Below are positions 21,735 through 31,887 of a DNA stretch of 64,000 bases, one piece after another; position 1 is the stretch's first letter; each line of letters begins with the position of its first letter. The notes beneath the pieces are model-generated. The model worked only from the letters and a program-made list of their open reading frames with translations. It did no database searches and was not told the origin of the DNA. The DNA is from an uncultured Planctomycetota bacterium (GTDB taxonomy: Bacteria; Planctomycetota; Planctomycetia; Gemmatales; Gemmataceae): contig CAWKHF010000005.1 in NCBI GenBank assembly GCA_963849325.1, forward strand, positions 448,001 to 512,000, read 5' to 3'. The position numbers were made by a program, and so were the translations under genes.

Positions 21735-23302
21735 ATGCCCGAAGTCCATCCGGAACGGCCGGCTCCCCATCTGCGGCACACGAGCGACCGGGAGATCCGC
21801 CGCTTGCTGGAGGTCATGCCGGCGGCGGCGTATACCTGCGACGCCGAAGGACTCATCACCTACTTCAACCGACGCGCGGTCGAGATTTGGGGGCGCGAGC
21901 CGACGGTGAACGATCCCATCGACCGCTACTGAGGCTCGTTCAAGCTCTTGACGATTGGTGGTTCACCAATCTTGCACGACCGCTGCTGGATGGCCCTGGC
22001 GCTCCGCGAGAACCAGGGCTACAACGAACAGGAAATCGTTATCGAGCGCCTCCGACGGCAGCCGCCGCACGGCCCTGGCCCATGCCAACCCCTTCTACGA
22101 CGAGTCCGGCCGGCTCGTCGGGGCCGTCAACATTCTTGTGGACATCACCGAGCGCAAAAAGGCGGAAGACGCCGTGCGCGAAGCCGATCGCCGCAAGAGC
22201 GAATTCCTGGCGCTGTTGGCCCATGAGCTGCGCAACCCCTTGGCTCCCCTCCGCAATGGCTTGCAGATCATGCGGCTGGCGAGCCACGACCGGACGGTTG
22301 CGGATCAGGCGCGGACCATGATGGAGCGCCAACTCGGACACATGGTTCGGCTCATCGACGACCTGCTCGACCTGTCGCGCATTACCAAGGGCAAGATCGA
22401 GCTGCGCAAAGAGCGGATCGATCTGGCGGCGGCGGTGCGCGACGCCGTGGAGACCAGCCGTCCCCTCATCGAGGCGTCCGGCCACCAGCTCACCGTCACG
22501 CTGCCGTCACGGCCGATCTTCGTGGATGCCGACCGCACTCGGCTGTCCCAGGTGTTCGCCAACCTGCTCAACAACAGCGCCAAGTACACCGATCGGGGCG
22601 GTCACATCGCGGCTGCGCGTCGAGCCGGAGGGCAGCGATGTCGTCGTCAAGGTCCGCGATGACGGCCTGGGCATCCCCGCCGACGTCTTGCCTGGTATTT
22701 TCGAGATGTTCACCCAGGTCGATCGCTCGCTGGAACGGTCGCAGGGCGGCCTGGGCATCGGACTGAGCCTGGTGCGTGCGTTGGTCGAGATGCACGGCGG
22801 CCGCGTGGACGCCCACAGCGGCGGTTGCGGAAGAGGAAGCGAGTTCGTTGTGCGCTTGCCCGTCTTGCTCTCGACCGCCCGAAAGACGCGGCCGGAGCAT
22901 GGCGCGGAGGAGGATGGGCATCGCTCCTCGAAATACCGTATCCTGATTGTGGACGACAACAAGGACTCGGCGATCAGCCTGGGTCTGATGCTGAAGATCA
23001 TGGGGCACGATACGCAAATGGCTCACGACGGCCTGGAAGGCGTGGCGATGGCGGCGGCGTTCCGGCCCGACGTGGTGCTGCTGGACATCGGCCTGCCGCG
23101 CTTGAACGGCTATGACGTTTGCCGCCGCATCCGCGAGCAGCCGGGCGGCGAGCGCGTGGTTATCCTCGCCCTGAGCGGCTGGGGCCAGGACGAGGACAAA
23201 CGCCGCTCCAAGGAAGCGGGCTTCAACTTTCACATGGTCAAGCCGGTAGACCCCGCCGAGCTGGAGAAGTTCCTGGCCGGACTGCTGCTGGCGCCGGCCT
23301 GA
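21735..23302 (+). CDS. PAS hybrid histidine kinase with receiver; in-frame TGA at 21930-21932; frameshifts near 22050 and 22612
   Basis: PAS (AAYTCDAEGLITYFNRRA..WGR); H-box LAHELRNPLAP; GGLGIGL; REC LLDIGLP. The ORFs starting at 21735 and 21948 share a frame across the TGA. Confidence 0.8.
21933..21981 (+). promoter_or_regulatory. Candidate bacterial SECIS-like stem-loop
   Basis: GATTGGTG-GTT-CACCAATC perfect hairpin (21953-21971) with its loop 28 nt after the UGA; possible lower stem TCGTTCAAG/CTTGCACGA. Confidence 0.35.
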
Positions 23303-23308
23303 GTCCTA

Positions 23309-23360
23309 TCCGAGCCTGAAGCGTGAGCGAAGATCTCTTCGCTTACGCTTCAGGCTCGGA
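23309..23360. repeat. REP-like palindrome, family A, copy 3
   Basis: Lies between convergent genes; encodes the last codons and stop of the MBL hydrolase. Confidence 0.9.
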
Positions 23361-24284
23361 AAGATGGTTGTCCAGTCCCGGCAGCAATGGCTGGACCGGC
23401 TGTGCGCGGGAGGAGCGGCGTCCCGAGGACCGTCGCGCACGAACGGATCGAGCGGCGGCGCTCAGATGCAGCGTCGCGCCGGCGGCATCTTGCGCGGCGG
23501 TGCGCAGCTCGACGGGGAAGCCCAGCTCATCCAGCAGCGCCTGCGCCGCCGCGCGGGCCAGGGTCGGACGGTTGCAATCGCGGCTCAGGTGCAGCTGCAC
23601 CAGGTAGCGAAGCCGATCAGGCGTTGAGCGCTCCAGCACCGCCCGCACCAGGCCGACGGCCTGGGCGTTGGACAGATGGCCGTCGTCGCCCAGGACGCGC
23701 TCGATCAGCCGCGGCATGCGGCCGCTGGAACGCTGCAAATCCACGTCATGATTGAACTCGACGGCCAGCAAATCGACATCGGCTAGGTGGCCGGCCAATT
23801 CGTCATCCCAGCAACCCAGGTCGGCGACGTAGCCGATCGTCCCGCGTCGGCCGAACAGGTCCGCCGTTCCCTCTAGCCGAAAACCGAAGGTGGCGCCGCT
23901 ATCGTGTCGCACCGGCAGCGCCCGGCAGCGCAGCCCCGGCGATGGCTCGAAGTCCTGGTGCGACTCGAAACAGCGGACCCGGCCGGCGTCGTGCAGGGCG
24001 AGGAAGCCGTCGGAGTAGGTGCGCAGGACGGTGTGATGGGCGGCATGACACCACAGGGGGATCCGGTGGCGATGCAGGTGCAGGATAGAGGCATCCTTCC
24101 AATGGTCGGAGTGCGTGTGCGTCAAGAGGACAGCATGAACGGCGGCCCACGAGAGTCCGGCCGCCGACAGGCGGGCGGCCAGCTGCCGCGGTCCCAGGCC
24201 CACGTCGATGAGTACGCCGAAGCCGCCGGACTCCACCAGGCAGGCATTGCCGCCGCTGCCGCTGGCGAGTGTCGTGAACCGCAA
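23343..24284 (-). CDS. Metallo-beta-lactamase fold hydrolase, YycJ/WalJ-like
   Basis: LASGSGGN, THTHSDH, VRHD, EFNHD, GHLSN, HLSRDCN. Confidence 0.9.
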   Translation of the reverse strand: MRFTTLASGSGGNACLVESGGFGVLIDVGLGPRQLAARLSAAGLSWAAVHAVLLTHTHSDHWKDASILHLHRHRIPLWCHAAHHTVLRTYSDGFLALHDAGRVRCFESHQDFEPSPGLRCRALPVRHDSGATFGFRLEGTADLFGRRGTIGYVADLGCWDDELAGHLADVDLLAVEFNHDVDLQRSSGRMPRLIERVLGDDGHLSNAQAVGLVRAVLERSTPDRLRYLVQLHLSRDCNRPTLARAAAQALLDELGFPVELRTAAQDAAGATLHLSAAARSVRARRSSGRRSSRAQPVQPLLPGLDNHLSEPEA

Positions 24285-24460
24285 GCCGATCCCTCCTTAC
24301 GCAAGGCGTTCCCCGGACGATTCGATTATGGTAAACCAAATCGAGCGCGGGACCAAGCCAAGCCGCCAGCGACGAATTCGACGCCCTCACTCCGCGTTCC
24401 CCCCTCCGGGCGGCTGTGCTACTCTAAGAGAGAGCGGCGCCCTTTCACAAAGGAGGGTTC

Positions 24461-24934
24461 ATGGCGTTCGACTCCCTGGCTCAGCGGCGCATCATGGGAC
24501 ACTTCGCCACCGGCGTCACGGTGGTGACGGCGTACCAAAATGGCGAAATCCAAGGAATGACGGCCAACGCGGTGACCTCGCTGTCGCTGCATCCGCCGCT
24601 GATCCTGGTGGCCGTGGGCAAGACGGCGGCCATGCACGCCACCCTCACGCAGAGCCGCTGTTTCGCCCTCAACATGCTCAGCGAAGAGCAAGAGCACCTG
24701 TCGCGCCGCTTCGCCATGCGCGGGGCCAAGGAAGTGAAAGACCTGACGTGGATTCATGCGGCCAGCGGCGCTCCGATCCTGGCCGACGCCCTGGCCTACG
24801 TCGATTGCCGGCTGACCGACATCCTGCCGGGCGGCGATCACGATATTTTCCTCGGCGAAATCCTGGCCGGCGACAGCCGCGACGGCGCGCCGCTGTTGTA
24901 CTTCGGCGGCAAATATCGACGCCTGGCCGAGTGA
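24461..24934 (+). CDS. Flavin reductase family protein
   Basis: FATGVTVVT, GMTANAVTSLSLHPPL, GGDHDIFLG, PLLYF; RBS AGGAGG. Confidence 0.92.
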   Translation: MAFDSLAQRRIMGHFATGVTVVTAYQNGEIQGMTANAVTSLSLHPPLILVAVGKTAAMHATLTQSRCFALNMLSEEQEHLSRRFAMRGAKEVKDLTWIHAASGAPILADALAYVDCRLTDILPGGDHDIFLGEILAGDSRDGAPLLYFGGKYRRLAE

Positions 24935-24956
24935 ACGGATTACGGAGCGTAGAATC

Positions 24957-25748
24957 GTGGACGATCTCCTCAATCTGGTGCCCCGCTACAAACGTCGCCG
25001 CTCTGCTGGTAAGGCCGTCAACCACGCCCTCGTGGAGCGGCTAAGCAAGGACGTTCTCGACGAAGGGGCAAAGAAACTCGGCATCCTTCAGGGCAAGACC
25101 CTTGTCCTGGATTCGGAAGATGAGCTGGCGATCCTCATGGACTTTTGCATCCATGATGTCCGCCGCAACGGACGCACGGCCGTGGAGTCGTTCTTTCCCC
25201 ACGCGCCCTACCCTCCCGATTCGGAGGAAATGGCCTATCTGACCACCCTGAAACAGGCTCAGTATTCCGTGTTCCTCATCGAGCGTGTGGAACGCGGTTG
25301 CGGTATCGAGGTGCGCGACCTGTGGCGGGACGGCACGAAATTCATCATGGACGTCAGCTTCGGCAACACGGCAAGCCCTCGGATGGTGCTCGCCACGCGC
25401 CTCGTTCCCTTTGAATCGGTGTTCACCACGACCGGCGCGCCCCTTCCGCTGGGCGTACTGCCCAACACCTGGGCCGCATCGCCGTTGCAGGGCTTGCTCG
25501 AAAAGATGAAAGGAGTAGACGGGACCGGCCGGTCGGCGGAACAAATCAGCGAGTCGGTCGCCACCCTCCTTCGGACTTTCCTCAAGGCGGGCGCGGGCGA
25601 GAACGTGAGGTATGCGAACCCGGACGAACTTCCTTCCCCGCGGCGCCGACCGTCTTCTCCCGCTCCGAGCGGGCACGTCGGCCGCAACGATCCCTGCCCT
25701 TGCGGTAGCGGCAAGAAATTCAAGAAATGCTGCGGACTTGGCAAATGA
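24957..25748 (+). CDS. SEC-C motif protein
   Basis: C-terminal VGRNDPCPCGSGKKFKKCC; not SecA, since it is short and has no helicase motifs. Confidence 0.85.
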   Translation: MDDLLNLVPRYKRRRSAGKAVNHALVERLSKDVLDEGAKKLGILQGKTLVLDSEDELAILMDFCIHDVRRNGRTAVESFFPHAPYPPDSEEMAYLTTLKQAQYSVFLIERVERGCGIEVRDLWRDGTKFIMDVSFGNTASPRMVLATRLVPFESVFTTTGAPLPLGVLPNTWAASPLQGLLEKMKGVDGTGRSAEQISESVATLLRTFLKAGAGENVRYANPDELPSPRRRPSSPAPSGHVGRNDPCPCGSGKKFKKCCGLGK

Positions 25749-25847
25749 TGTCTTCCCTCATCCGGTGGATGGCCGGTGCTCATCTCCCTATGAGCTATAG
25801 TTGAAACAAACCTCACGGCCCCAGCGTTCTCGGCAGGCGGAGATGAT

Positions 25848-27003
25848 ATGTCCTCTTGGCTGCGCGTCGCGGTCGTGGCCGTCCTCATCCACCAGGCGGC
25901 GCGGCTGGCCGATCCGGCGGTGCTGGGCACGACGGATTATGTCGAATACTGGTCGGCGGGACGGCTCTGTTGGCGCGGAGAGAATCCCTATTCCGCCGAG
26001 TTGCTCTTTCCGCTCCAGCGGCCGTGCGGCTGCCCCGACGAGTGGCCGGTCATGATGTACAATCCGCCGTGGACCTTGCCGTTCGTCATGCCGCTGGGCC
26101 TGTTCGACTTCGGCGTCAGCCGGCTGCTGTGGCTGCTGCTGAACCTGGCCGTGGTCCTGCTGTGCTGCGGCGCCCTGTGGCGGTTGAACGGAGGCCCGCC
26201 GCGAGGACAGGGGATGGCATTGCTGGTTGGCCTGTGCGCCGTTTCCCACGTTGATCGTGCTGCGCATGGGGCAGATCGGACCGTTGGTCTTGCTGGGACT
26301 GGTCGGATTTCTGTGGGCGATCCGCCGGGGCAGCGACGGCTGGGCCGGGGCGGCGACGGTCCTGGCGGCGATCAAGCCGCACCTGGTCTTTCTCTTCTGG
26401 ATCGCCTTGCTTCTGTGGACGTGGGACCGCCGCCGCTGGGACGTGCTCATCGGCGCGGCTGGTGCTCTTCTGGCGGCGACGACGATCGCCCTGGCCTGTA
26501 ATCCGCAGGTGATCGGCCAATACGCCGACCTCATGACCCACAATCCGCCGTCGCGCTGCCTGTCGCCGAGCCTGGGGGCGGTCCTGCGGATCGTCTTCGG
26601 CCTGGATCGCTTTGAATTGCAGTTCGTGCCTCCGCTGCTGGGACTGGCCTGGTTGCTGCCGTACTGGCTGCGGCACCGCCGGCATTGGAACTGGAATGAG
26701 CGGATGCCGATGCTGCTGCTTGTCTCGGTGCTGACCACGGCGTATGGCGCCTGGGCGTTCGACCTCGTTGTGCTGCTGCCGGTGGTGATCCAGGCAGCGG
26801 TGGGGGTGTGCCGGGCTGGTCGGCCGCGGCTCGCCGTCGTGGCGGCGAGTGCGTATTTCGCCGTCAACGGCCTGGCCCTGGCGATGGACCTCGGCGGCAT
26901 CGACGCCTTCTGGTTCATCTGGATGACGCCTGCCCTGATGCTCGGATACGTGCTGGTCCGCTCCGCGCCGGTGCCTCTGGCCATTGTGGAAGGGCTGGGC
27001 TAA
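25848..27003 (+). CDS. GT87/DUF2029-like membrane glycosyltransferase; frameshift near 26235
   Basis: DYVEYWSAGRL..GENPY, YNPPW, GQ, AIKPHL; many TM segments. Confidence 0.8.
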
Positions 27004-27133
27004 CGAAACAAACCCCACACGCCCAGAATCCACGCACGCCTCCGCCGGGGCATCGCAAACACGTATCGGGGTGCGTGTGCCGTCAAACTTCGTTAAAATG
27101 ACGATCTCACTGAAGTGGGGTGATATACCCGTG

Positions 27134-27999
27134 ATGCAGCGCGCGAACATTCTGGTGCTGATCGTCCTCGCTCCCTTGCTGGGCTGCAGTGCGGAGACGA
27201 AGAACGCGCCGAAGTCCACGGCCAAAAATGCGGCCGGCGCGGCGCAGTGCCTGCCGCTGACAAGGCGACGCCGCGCAAGATCATTTACACCGGCCAGGTG
27301 GATCTCGTCGTCGAGGACTTCGACCGGACCGAGCAGCAGCTACGGCAACTGGTCGAGGAACACGAGGGCTACCTGGCCAACTCCGACATCCACAACCAGC
27401 CCGGCGTGCCGCGCTCCGGGACATGGACGGTGCGCGTGCCGACGGGGCACTTCAACGATTTCCTGCAGGCGGTCGTCAAGTTCGGCGAGGTACGCAATCG
27501 CAACACCAACTCGCAGGACATCACCGACGCCTACCACGACAAGGCCGCCCGTCTCAAGGCCGACGAGACGGAAGAAAAGAGCTTGCTGGCGCTGCTGGAG
27601 AAGACGCAGGGCAAGGTCGAGGACATCCTGCGCATGCGCGAGCAGCTGCGGGTGGTGCGCGGCCAAATCGAGGAGGAAAAGAGCCAGATCCAACGCTGGG
27701 ACAAGGACGTGGACCTGGCGACGGTGACGGTCAAGCTGCTCGACCGCCGCGACTACACGCCGCCGCTGCTGCCGGACTTCGGCAGCACGGTCGGCCGCAC
27801 CTTTCAGAATTCGATTGACGCCCTGGTCCTCTTCGGCAAGACGCTGGTACTGATCGTGGTGGCGTTGGCGCCGTGGCTGGCGGTGCTGGCCGTGCTCGCC
27901 GCGCCGGGCTTCGTGATCTGGCGACGGCGACGCGCCGCCGTCAAGGCCCGGATAGCGGTCCTTGCGAGCGGCGATCGACCGGGAGTCCCAAGGCCATGA
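27134..27999 (+). CDS. DUF4349-like lipoprotein; frameshift near 27250
   Basis: Lipobox LLGC; RKIIYTG..TVRVP..SQDITDAY.D..ARL; C-terminal TM. Confidence 0.8.
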
Positions 28000-29579
28000 G
28001 TCGGCCGTTGACTGTCGCGGCGCCCGCTGCCTTCCTCCTGGGAGCTTGCCTGGTCTACGCCGTCTGGGCGGCGTCCATCGGTTGGCACAACACCGTGCTC
28101 GACTTCCTCGGCTTTCGCCAGGCGCAGACGGCGCTCACCGCCTACTTCATGGTGGGCCGACCCCCGCGTCTGGCCTACGAAACGCCCGTCGTGGGTCCGC
28201 CCTGGTCGATTCCGTTCGAGCTGCCGGTCTACCAGGGGATCGTTGCCGCCATCGTCACCCTCTGCGATACGCCGATGGACGAGACCGGCCGTGCTGTCAG
28301 CCTGTCGTTTTTCCTGCTCACGCTGCTGCCGGCTTATCGTATCCTTGCCTGGCTGGGGTTGGCGCCGGGGCATCGACTCCTCGCCCTGACGCTGTTGACC
28401 GTCAGTCCGTTTTACCTGTTCTGGTCGCGGACGTTTCTCATTGAATCGACGGCCCTGTTCTTCAGCGTCGGTTACCTGGCGGCGGCCCTGCCGGCCGTGG
28501 ACAGACCCCGTCTCGGGCGGATAAGCGCCGCCGTCCTGTTCGGCGTGCTGGCCGCCCTGGTCAAGATCACCACCTGCTTCGTCTTCTCCCTGCTGCTTCT
28601 GCTCTACCTGGTTCACGTCTGGCGAGGCCGGGGAAGCGGCCGATTCAAGCCGGCGGTGCTGGGCCGGCAGGCACTGCTCTCCCTGCTCCTGCTCGGCGTG
28701 CCGTTCGCGGCCGGCTGGATGTGGACGCGCTTTGCCGACGAGCAGAAATCGCGCAACCCCATCGGCCGGCACCTGACGACCTCGGCCGACCTGATGCGCC
28801 AGTGGAACTACGGCACCTTCGAGCAGCGCCGCACGCCGGCCACCTGGAATACGGTCCTGACCTCGGCGCACTATGCGCTGGGACACGGCGCCGTCCTCGC
28901 GTTCGCTCTGATCGCCATGCTCCTCACCCGGCGTCGTTGGCGGCCGTTTCTGGCGTGCCTGCTCGTCTACCCTATCGCTCCCCTCGTTTTCACGAACCTG
29001 TACTGGTTCCACGAATACTATTCGTTCGCCAACAACGTACTGCTGCTGACCGCGGCAGCCCTTGGTCTGACCGCCCTCCTGGAGCACGGCGGCGCTTACC
29101 GCCGTCTGGGTCTGGCGGCCCTGGCCGGCTTCCTCGCACTGGCCGTCTGGCGCCATCAGGAGCATTACCGGCCGATCCAGGCGCATAACCACGAGGAGCT
29201 GAACGCCGTCAGCCGCACGATCCAGCAGGTAACGCGGCCGGAGGACGTGCTCGTGGTCCTCGGCTGCGATTGGTCGTCGGAATTGCCCTACTCCAGCCGG
29301 CGCCGCGCGTTGAGCATTCCGTTCTGGCTGGACCCAAGTCTGGAGAAGCTGCCCGATTATCTGGCCCTGGAGTCGCCGTATCCCGTCGGTGCCGTCGTGA
29401 TTCGCACCAGTTGGCTACCCTTCGACCGGGCGGCGGTGGAGGAGACGATTCGGCAAGCGGGCTTTGAGGTGCGCTATCACCGCGCGGACGAGGAGTTCGA
29501 GGTTTATGCCGTGAAACGAATGCCAGCGGACACGACCGAGCCGCGACCGTCAGGGAGCGGGGAATTCTCCGCTCCCTGA
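27996..29579 (+). CDS. Multi-TM glycosyltransferase-like protein (GT-C/ArnT-PMT-like)
   Basis: FRQAQTA, PWSIPFELPVYQ, WSRTFLIES, HEYY; ATGA overlap with the upstream gene. Confidence 0.7.
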   Translation: MSRPLTVAAPAAFLLGACLVYAVWAASIGWHNTVLDFLGFRQAQTALTAYFMVGRPPRLAYETPVVGPPWSIPFELPVYQGIVAAIVTLCDTPMDETGRAVSLSFFLLTLLPAYRILAWLGLAPGHRLLALTLLTVSPFYLFWSRTFLIESTALFFSVGYLAAALPAVDRPRLGRISAAVLFGVLAALVKITTCFVFSLLLLLYLVHVWRGRGSGRFKPAVLGRQALLSLLLLGVPFAAGWMWTRFADEQKSRNPIGRHLTTSADLMRQWNYGTFEQRRTPATWNTVLTSAHYALGHGAVLAFALIAMLLTRRRWRPFLACLLVYPIAPLVFTNLYWFHEYYSFANNVLLLTAAALGLTALLEHGGAYRRLGLAALAGFLALAVWRHQEHYRPIQAHNHEELNAVSRTIQQVTRPEDVLVVLGCDWSSELPYSSRRRALSIPFWLDPSLEKLPDYLALESPYPVGAVVIRTSWLPFDRAAVEETIRQAGFEVRYHRADEEFEVYAVKRMPADTTEPRPSGSGEFSAP

Positions 29580-29593
29580 CGGTCGCGGCTCGG
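29536..29593. repeat. REP-like palindrome, family D (CCGAGCCGCGACCGTCAGGGAGCGG)
   Basis: Near-perfect 58-nt palindrome centred on GAATTC, inside both convergent CDS ends. Confidence 0.92.
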
Positions 29594-30314
29594 ATCGCAT
29601 CAGGTCGCGCTCGAGCTGTCCCGAGGGGGCCGGCCGGCGTTCCAGGCCGGGGTGGCTGGTAAACAACGCCGTGCGCTCGAAGGGGAAGGCGGCGGTGAAG
29701 TGTTCGAGCAGGCGCTCACGGACCAGGGAGGGCCGCAGCGGCCCGCGCCGCTCGCGCGCGAGAGACGTCATCGGCTCGCGTTCGTCGGGATCGCTGCGGA
29801 GGATGCGGAAGGGCAACAGGTCGGGGTTGACGTTCAGCACGGCGCCGAAGTAGGCCACCCAGTCGCGCACGGCCACGCCCACGCCGGCGAGGAGTCGCGG
29901 CCCGACCCATACGCCGGGACGCCCCGGCCGCGTGACGCCCTCTACGCCGAAGTCGTCGAGTACGTCCACGAGGATGCGCTGCAGGCGCGCCAGGTAAGCC
30001 GCCAGGCCCAGGCCGTGCCAGTCCAGCGGCACGATCGGATAGATGGCGAGCTGGCCCGGCAGATGCAGAAACGAGCCGCCGCCGCGATTGACCCAGCGCA
30101 CCGGCCAGCGTCGTACCCGCAGCTGGTCGAAATCGCAGAGGATGTCCGCCGGCGAGCCATCGCGGCCGATGGTGAGGAGCGGCGGATGTTCGCACAGCAG
30201 CAGCGCGGCCGAGTGCCGCTCGCCCGCCGTCTGGTACGCCAGCATCCGCTGCAAGCTCAACGCCGCCTCGAACTCGATCGAGCCGAGCAGGTAGACGCGC
30301 AGGGCCGAACCCAT
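29550..30314 (-). CDS. LipB-like (lipoate/biotin ligase fold) protein lacking the canonical catalytic residues
   Basis: LLLCEHPPLLTIGR, VNRGG..HLPGQLAIYPI, PGVWV and MTSL are present; the LipB KIxxIG and PCG motifs are absent. Start uncertain. Confidence 0.75.
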   Translation of the reverse strand: MGSALRVYLLGSIEFEAALSLQRMLAYQTAGERHSAALLLCEHPPLLTIGRDGSPADILCDFDQLRVRRWPVRWVNRGGGSFLHLPGQLAIYPIVPLDWHGLGLAAYLARLQRILVDVLDDFGVEGVTRPGRPGVWVGPRLLAGVGVAVRDWVAYFGAVLNVNPDLLPFRILRSDPDEREPMTSLARERRGPLRPSLVRERLLEHFTAAFPFERTALFTSHPGLERRPAPSGQLERDLMRSEPRPSGSGEFPAP

Positions 30315-30456
30315 CGCCGTCGCGCCCCCGCAGCTCGAGTGGTCCAGGTGCATGAGCATCCATCCGTTGCCACGACACCGTCGTATCCGAAACCGAAACG
30401 GATGCTCCACCATAGCAACGCACGCATGGCGCCGGCAAGGGGATTGGCGGGTCGGC

Positions 30457-31887
30457 TCAACGGCAGAACAGCGTGACGGTGGTGAAATCGAACTCGCGCC
30501 GTTCGCAAGGGCGCCAACCGGGCGGGGCCAGGTGGCCCGACAGGCGGACGCGCTCGTCGCCCGGCAGGGCGGCGGTCAGGACCACCCATATTCGCTCGCC
30601 CGGCGGCGACGGGGGCCGAGGCCCTTCCAGCAGATGAAAGGCTGGCCCCAGGTGCCGGAAATAATACTGCTGTGCCACGTCATTGCCGAGCACGAAGTCC
30701 TCGGGGTGCCGCCGCGCCTGCACGTAGGCGGCGGCGGCAGGGACGTCCGCCTCGCGCCAGGTATACACAACCTGCTCCAGCGACGAGATCGCCGGCAGCA
30801 CCAGTACACCGGCCAGGGCCGCACACGCTACTCGACTGCGAACGGCCAGCCAGGCGAACATCGGCGGCACGCCGGCGGCGCCGAGCAGCAGCACCGCCGG
30901 CGTCGCATACGCCATGACTCGCGCGCCGCCGAACGGATAACGGTGGACACACGCCGCGGCCAGGGCCAGGGCGAGCGGCGCCGTCAGACGCAACACGGCC
31001 GTTCGTTCGCCGCGCCGCCACAGGACCAACACCCCCGGCACGGCCAGCAGCGTCAGCACCTGTCCCAGCGGCTTGCAGCAGTAGCGGCCCACCTCGAACG
31101 GCGCCAGTAGCAGCCAGCCGGGCACCGTCCACGGCCGCTCCCAGTTCGGCATGCAGGCGATCCAGCAGGAGTGGATCTCGGCATCGTGCTGACAGCGCAC
31201 GGGACCGGCCACCAGCCACAGCCCGACCGCCCCCGTCGCCGCCGTCAGCGCTCCATAGGCCAGCCAGAGACGCCCTTGTTTGCGTTGGCACACGGCCGGC
31301 AGATAGGCGAGAAGCAGCCCGACGTAGAGAAAACAGGCGGGATAGGATGACAATAAAAGCAGCGGAGCCAGCAGGGCGTAGGCGAGCAGCTGACGCCCGA
31401 GCGCTTCGAGCCGGCCCCAGCAGGGCACGGCCAGCATGACGACGGCGGCCAACACATCGACAGAGTACGCCTTGGCCTCGGACCCATGCCACAGGAGCTG
31501 TTCGGAGACGGCGAACAGAAGCACGGCCCAGGGGACGGCCGACGGCGTCAGCAAGCGACGAGCCAACGGCACGAACAGCAGCAGGGCGGCGCAGCTGGCC
31601 AGAAACGACGGCAGACGCAGGGCACGGCTGCCGTCGCCGAGGACCAGGCTGACCGTTTTCAGCAGACACAGGTACAGCGGTGGAGCGGCCTGGTGATAGT
31701 CGAGGCGGCCCAGGAACAGGTCGCCGAAGCCGCGCGCCGTCACCGTCAGCAGCAGCCCCGCCTCGTCCTGCCAGACGGCCCGGTCGCGCAGGTAGTGGAA
31801 CGACCGCAGCGCCAGTCCCAGCAGCAACAAGCCAAGGAGGAGCCAGGCCCGCCTTCGGGCACCCATTGTCATCTGGATCGGCCTCAT
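30457..31887 (-). CDS. GT39/ArnT-like membrane glycosyltransferase
   Basis: WQDEA, APPLY, ALRLPS, EAKAYS; multiple TM segments. Confidence 0.75.
   Translation of the reverse strand: MRPIQMTMGARRRAWLLLGLLLLGLALRSFHYLRDRAVWQDEAGLLLTVTARGFGDLFLGRLDYHQAAPPLYLCLLKTVSLVLGDGSRALRLPSFLASCAALLLFVPLARRLLTPSAVPWAVLLFAVSEQLLWHGSEAKAYSVDVLAAVVMLAVPCWGRLEALGRQLLAYALLAPLLLLSSYPACFLYVGLLLAYLPAVCQRKQGRLWLAYGALTAATGAVGLWLVAGPVRCQHDAEIHSCWIACMPNWERPWTVPGWLLLAPFEVGRYCCKPLGQVLTLLAVPGVLVLWRRGERTAVLRLTAPLALALAAACVHRYPFGGARVMAYATPAVLLLGAAGVPPMFAWLAVRSRVACAALAGVLVLPAISSLEQVVYTWREADVPAAAAYVQARRHPEDFVLGNDVAQQYYFRHLGPAFHLLEGPRPPSPPGERIWVVLTAALPGDERVRLSGHLAPPGWRPCERREFDFTTVTLFCR

Noticed and set aside
21560-21735. tRNA or ncRNA in the larger intergenic gaps (also 31890-32236 and 42015-42240)
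   Set aside because: No cloverleaf, T-loop consensus or other recognisable RNA motif found by eye.
24957-25748. secA
   Set aside because: Only the SEC-C zinc motif is shared.
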